Positions 62,352 to 62,773 of a stretch of 62,773 nucleotides of DNA are shown here, piece by piece. How positions within the stretch are numbered: the first letter of the stretch is position 1; each line of letters starts with the position of its first letter. Origin of the DNA: Actinomycetota bacterium (GTDB lineage: Bacteria; Actinomycetota; JAICYB01); the NCBI GenBank assembly GCA_035540895.1, contig DATLFR010000075.1, forward strand, positions 1 to 62,773. The letters run 5' to 3'. A program made the position numbers and the translations under genes. Under the pieces are notes generated by a model that had not been told where the DNA came from, made no database searches, and was given only the letters and a program-made list of their open reading frames with translations.

Positions 62352-62773
62352 TCATGCGAGGGACGTGGTGACGGGCGCGTGGTCACTGCGGCCGGACGCC
62401 TCGTAGGCCGAGATGTCCGCCTCGTGCTGAAGGGTCAGGCCGATGTCGTCCAGTCCGTTGACGAGGCGGTGCTTCACGTCCGGATCGATGTCGAAGCGCA
62501 CCTCCCGGCCCGCGAACGTCACCGTCTGGGCGCGGAGGTCGATCCTGGCCTCGCCCGCGTCCATGAGCTCGGTCACGACGTCCTCGGGCAGGACCACCGG
62601 GAGGAGGCCAACCTTCGTGCAGTTGCCGTGGAAGATGTCGGCGAAGCTGGGTGCGACGATCGCCCGGAAGCCGAAGTCCTGGAGGGCCCACGGTGCGTGC
62701 TCACGTGACGACCCGCACCCGAAGTTGCGTCCGGCGACCAGGATCGGGTTCGGCTCCAGCGTGATCTCTCCCG
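62352..62773 (-). CDS. leuD: 3-isopropylmalate dehydratase small subunit (5' end beyond window)
   Basis: The frame stays open from the window edge. It reads ...[52 protein letters not shown]..., which are classic LeuD blocks. Confidence 0.85.
   Translation of the reverse strand, partial: GEITLEPNPILVAGRNFGCGSSREHAPWALQDFGFRAIVAPSFADIFHGNCTKVGLLPVVLPEDVVTELMDAGEARIDLRAQTVTFAGREVRFDIDPDVKHRLVNGLDDIGLTLQHEADISAYEASGRSDHAPVTTSLA

Noticed and set aside
59382-62708. 1108-aa plus-strand ORF, the longest in the track
   Set aside because: It runs antisense to ilvB, the PQQ dehydrogenase and leuD, all of which carry unmistakable family motifs. Its composition is Arg/Gly/Pro/Asp/Val-rich with no recognisable domain. 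This is the typical stop-codon-poor shadow frame of a very GC-rich genome.

Overview
Very GC-rich bacterial chromosome segment, with G/C at nearly every third codon position. Gene content and order look like Actinomycetota, possibly a Rubrobacteria or Thermoleophilia-like thermophile, but that placement is low confidence. All family names come from motif recognition by eye; I ran no BLAST, HMM or Rfam search. Coordinates are anchored on the supplied ORF track. Many long ORFs in the track are antisense GC shadows, and I rejected them.

Layout:
- 13-5969: a six-gene partner-switching-type signalling operon. It encodes a membrane module, a GAF-PP2C-HATPase fusion, two STAS proteins, an unknown protein and an FAD oxidoreductase.
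- 6075-11167: a conserved core block (coaD, rsmD, recG).
- 12143-18090: a LipJ-like hydrolase-cyclase, an enoyl-CoA hydratase and a heterodimeric ABC exporter.
- 18427-29516: DAK2/rpmB, cspA, thiD-thiL, trkAH, pckA and ddl.
- 29518-31841: a kinase-like / LuxR response regulator / HD-GYP operon. cofC and an HU gene follow.
- 33092-36320: a 3.2-kb islet bounded by tRNA-Glu and tRNA-Gln. It holds an HNH endonuclease, a secreted PLC-like/lectin-like protein and a degenerate RadC-like protein.
- 36376-39132: a 918-aa cyclase-STAND-TPR protein.
- Branched-chain amino-acid supercluster in two operons: ilvB-ilvN-ilvC-serA-leuA (60884 down to 54385) and leuB-ilvE-cimA-FAH-gltX (44943 down to 39228).
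- 44944-54384: about 9.4 kb of accessory genes separating those two operons. It holds LemA/DUF3137/DUF3500, an LPXTG surface protein with QCN cysteine repeats and a (GPGT)n tract, a frameshifted STAS gene, an orphan SARP regulator, and a 310-nt structured non-coding gap.

Most notable observations:
- Two paralogous leader-peptide/terminator leaders sit in front of ilvB and leuB.
- The QCN-repeat LPXTG protein has a slippage-prone 12-nt repeat.
- The 310-nt structured gap is unexplained.
- The partner-switching operon has no sigma factor in the window.

I saw no CRISPR array, rRNA gene, transposase, integrase or reverse transcriptase.
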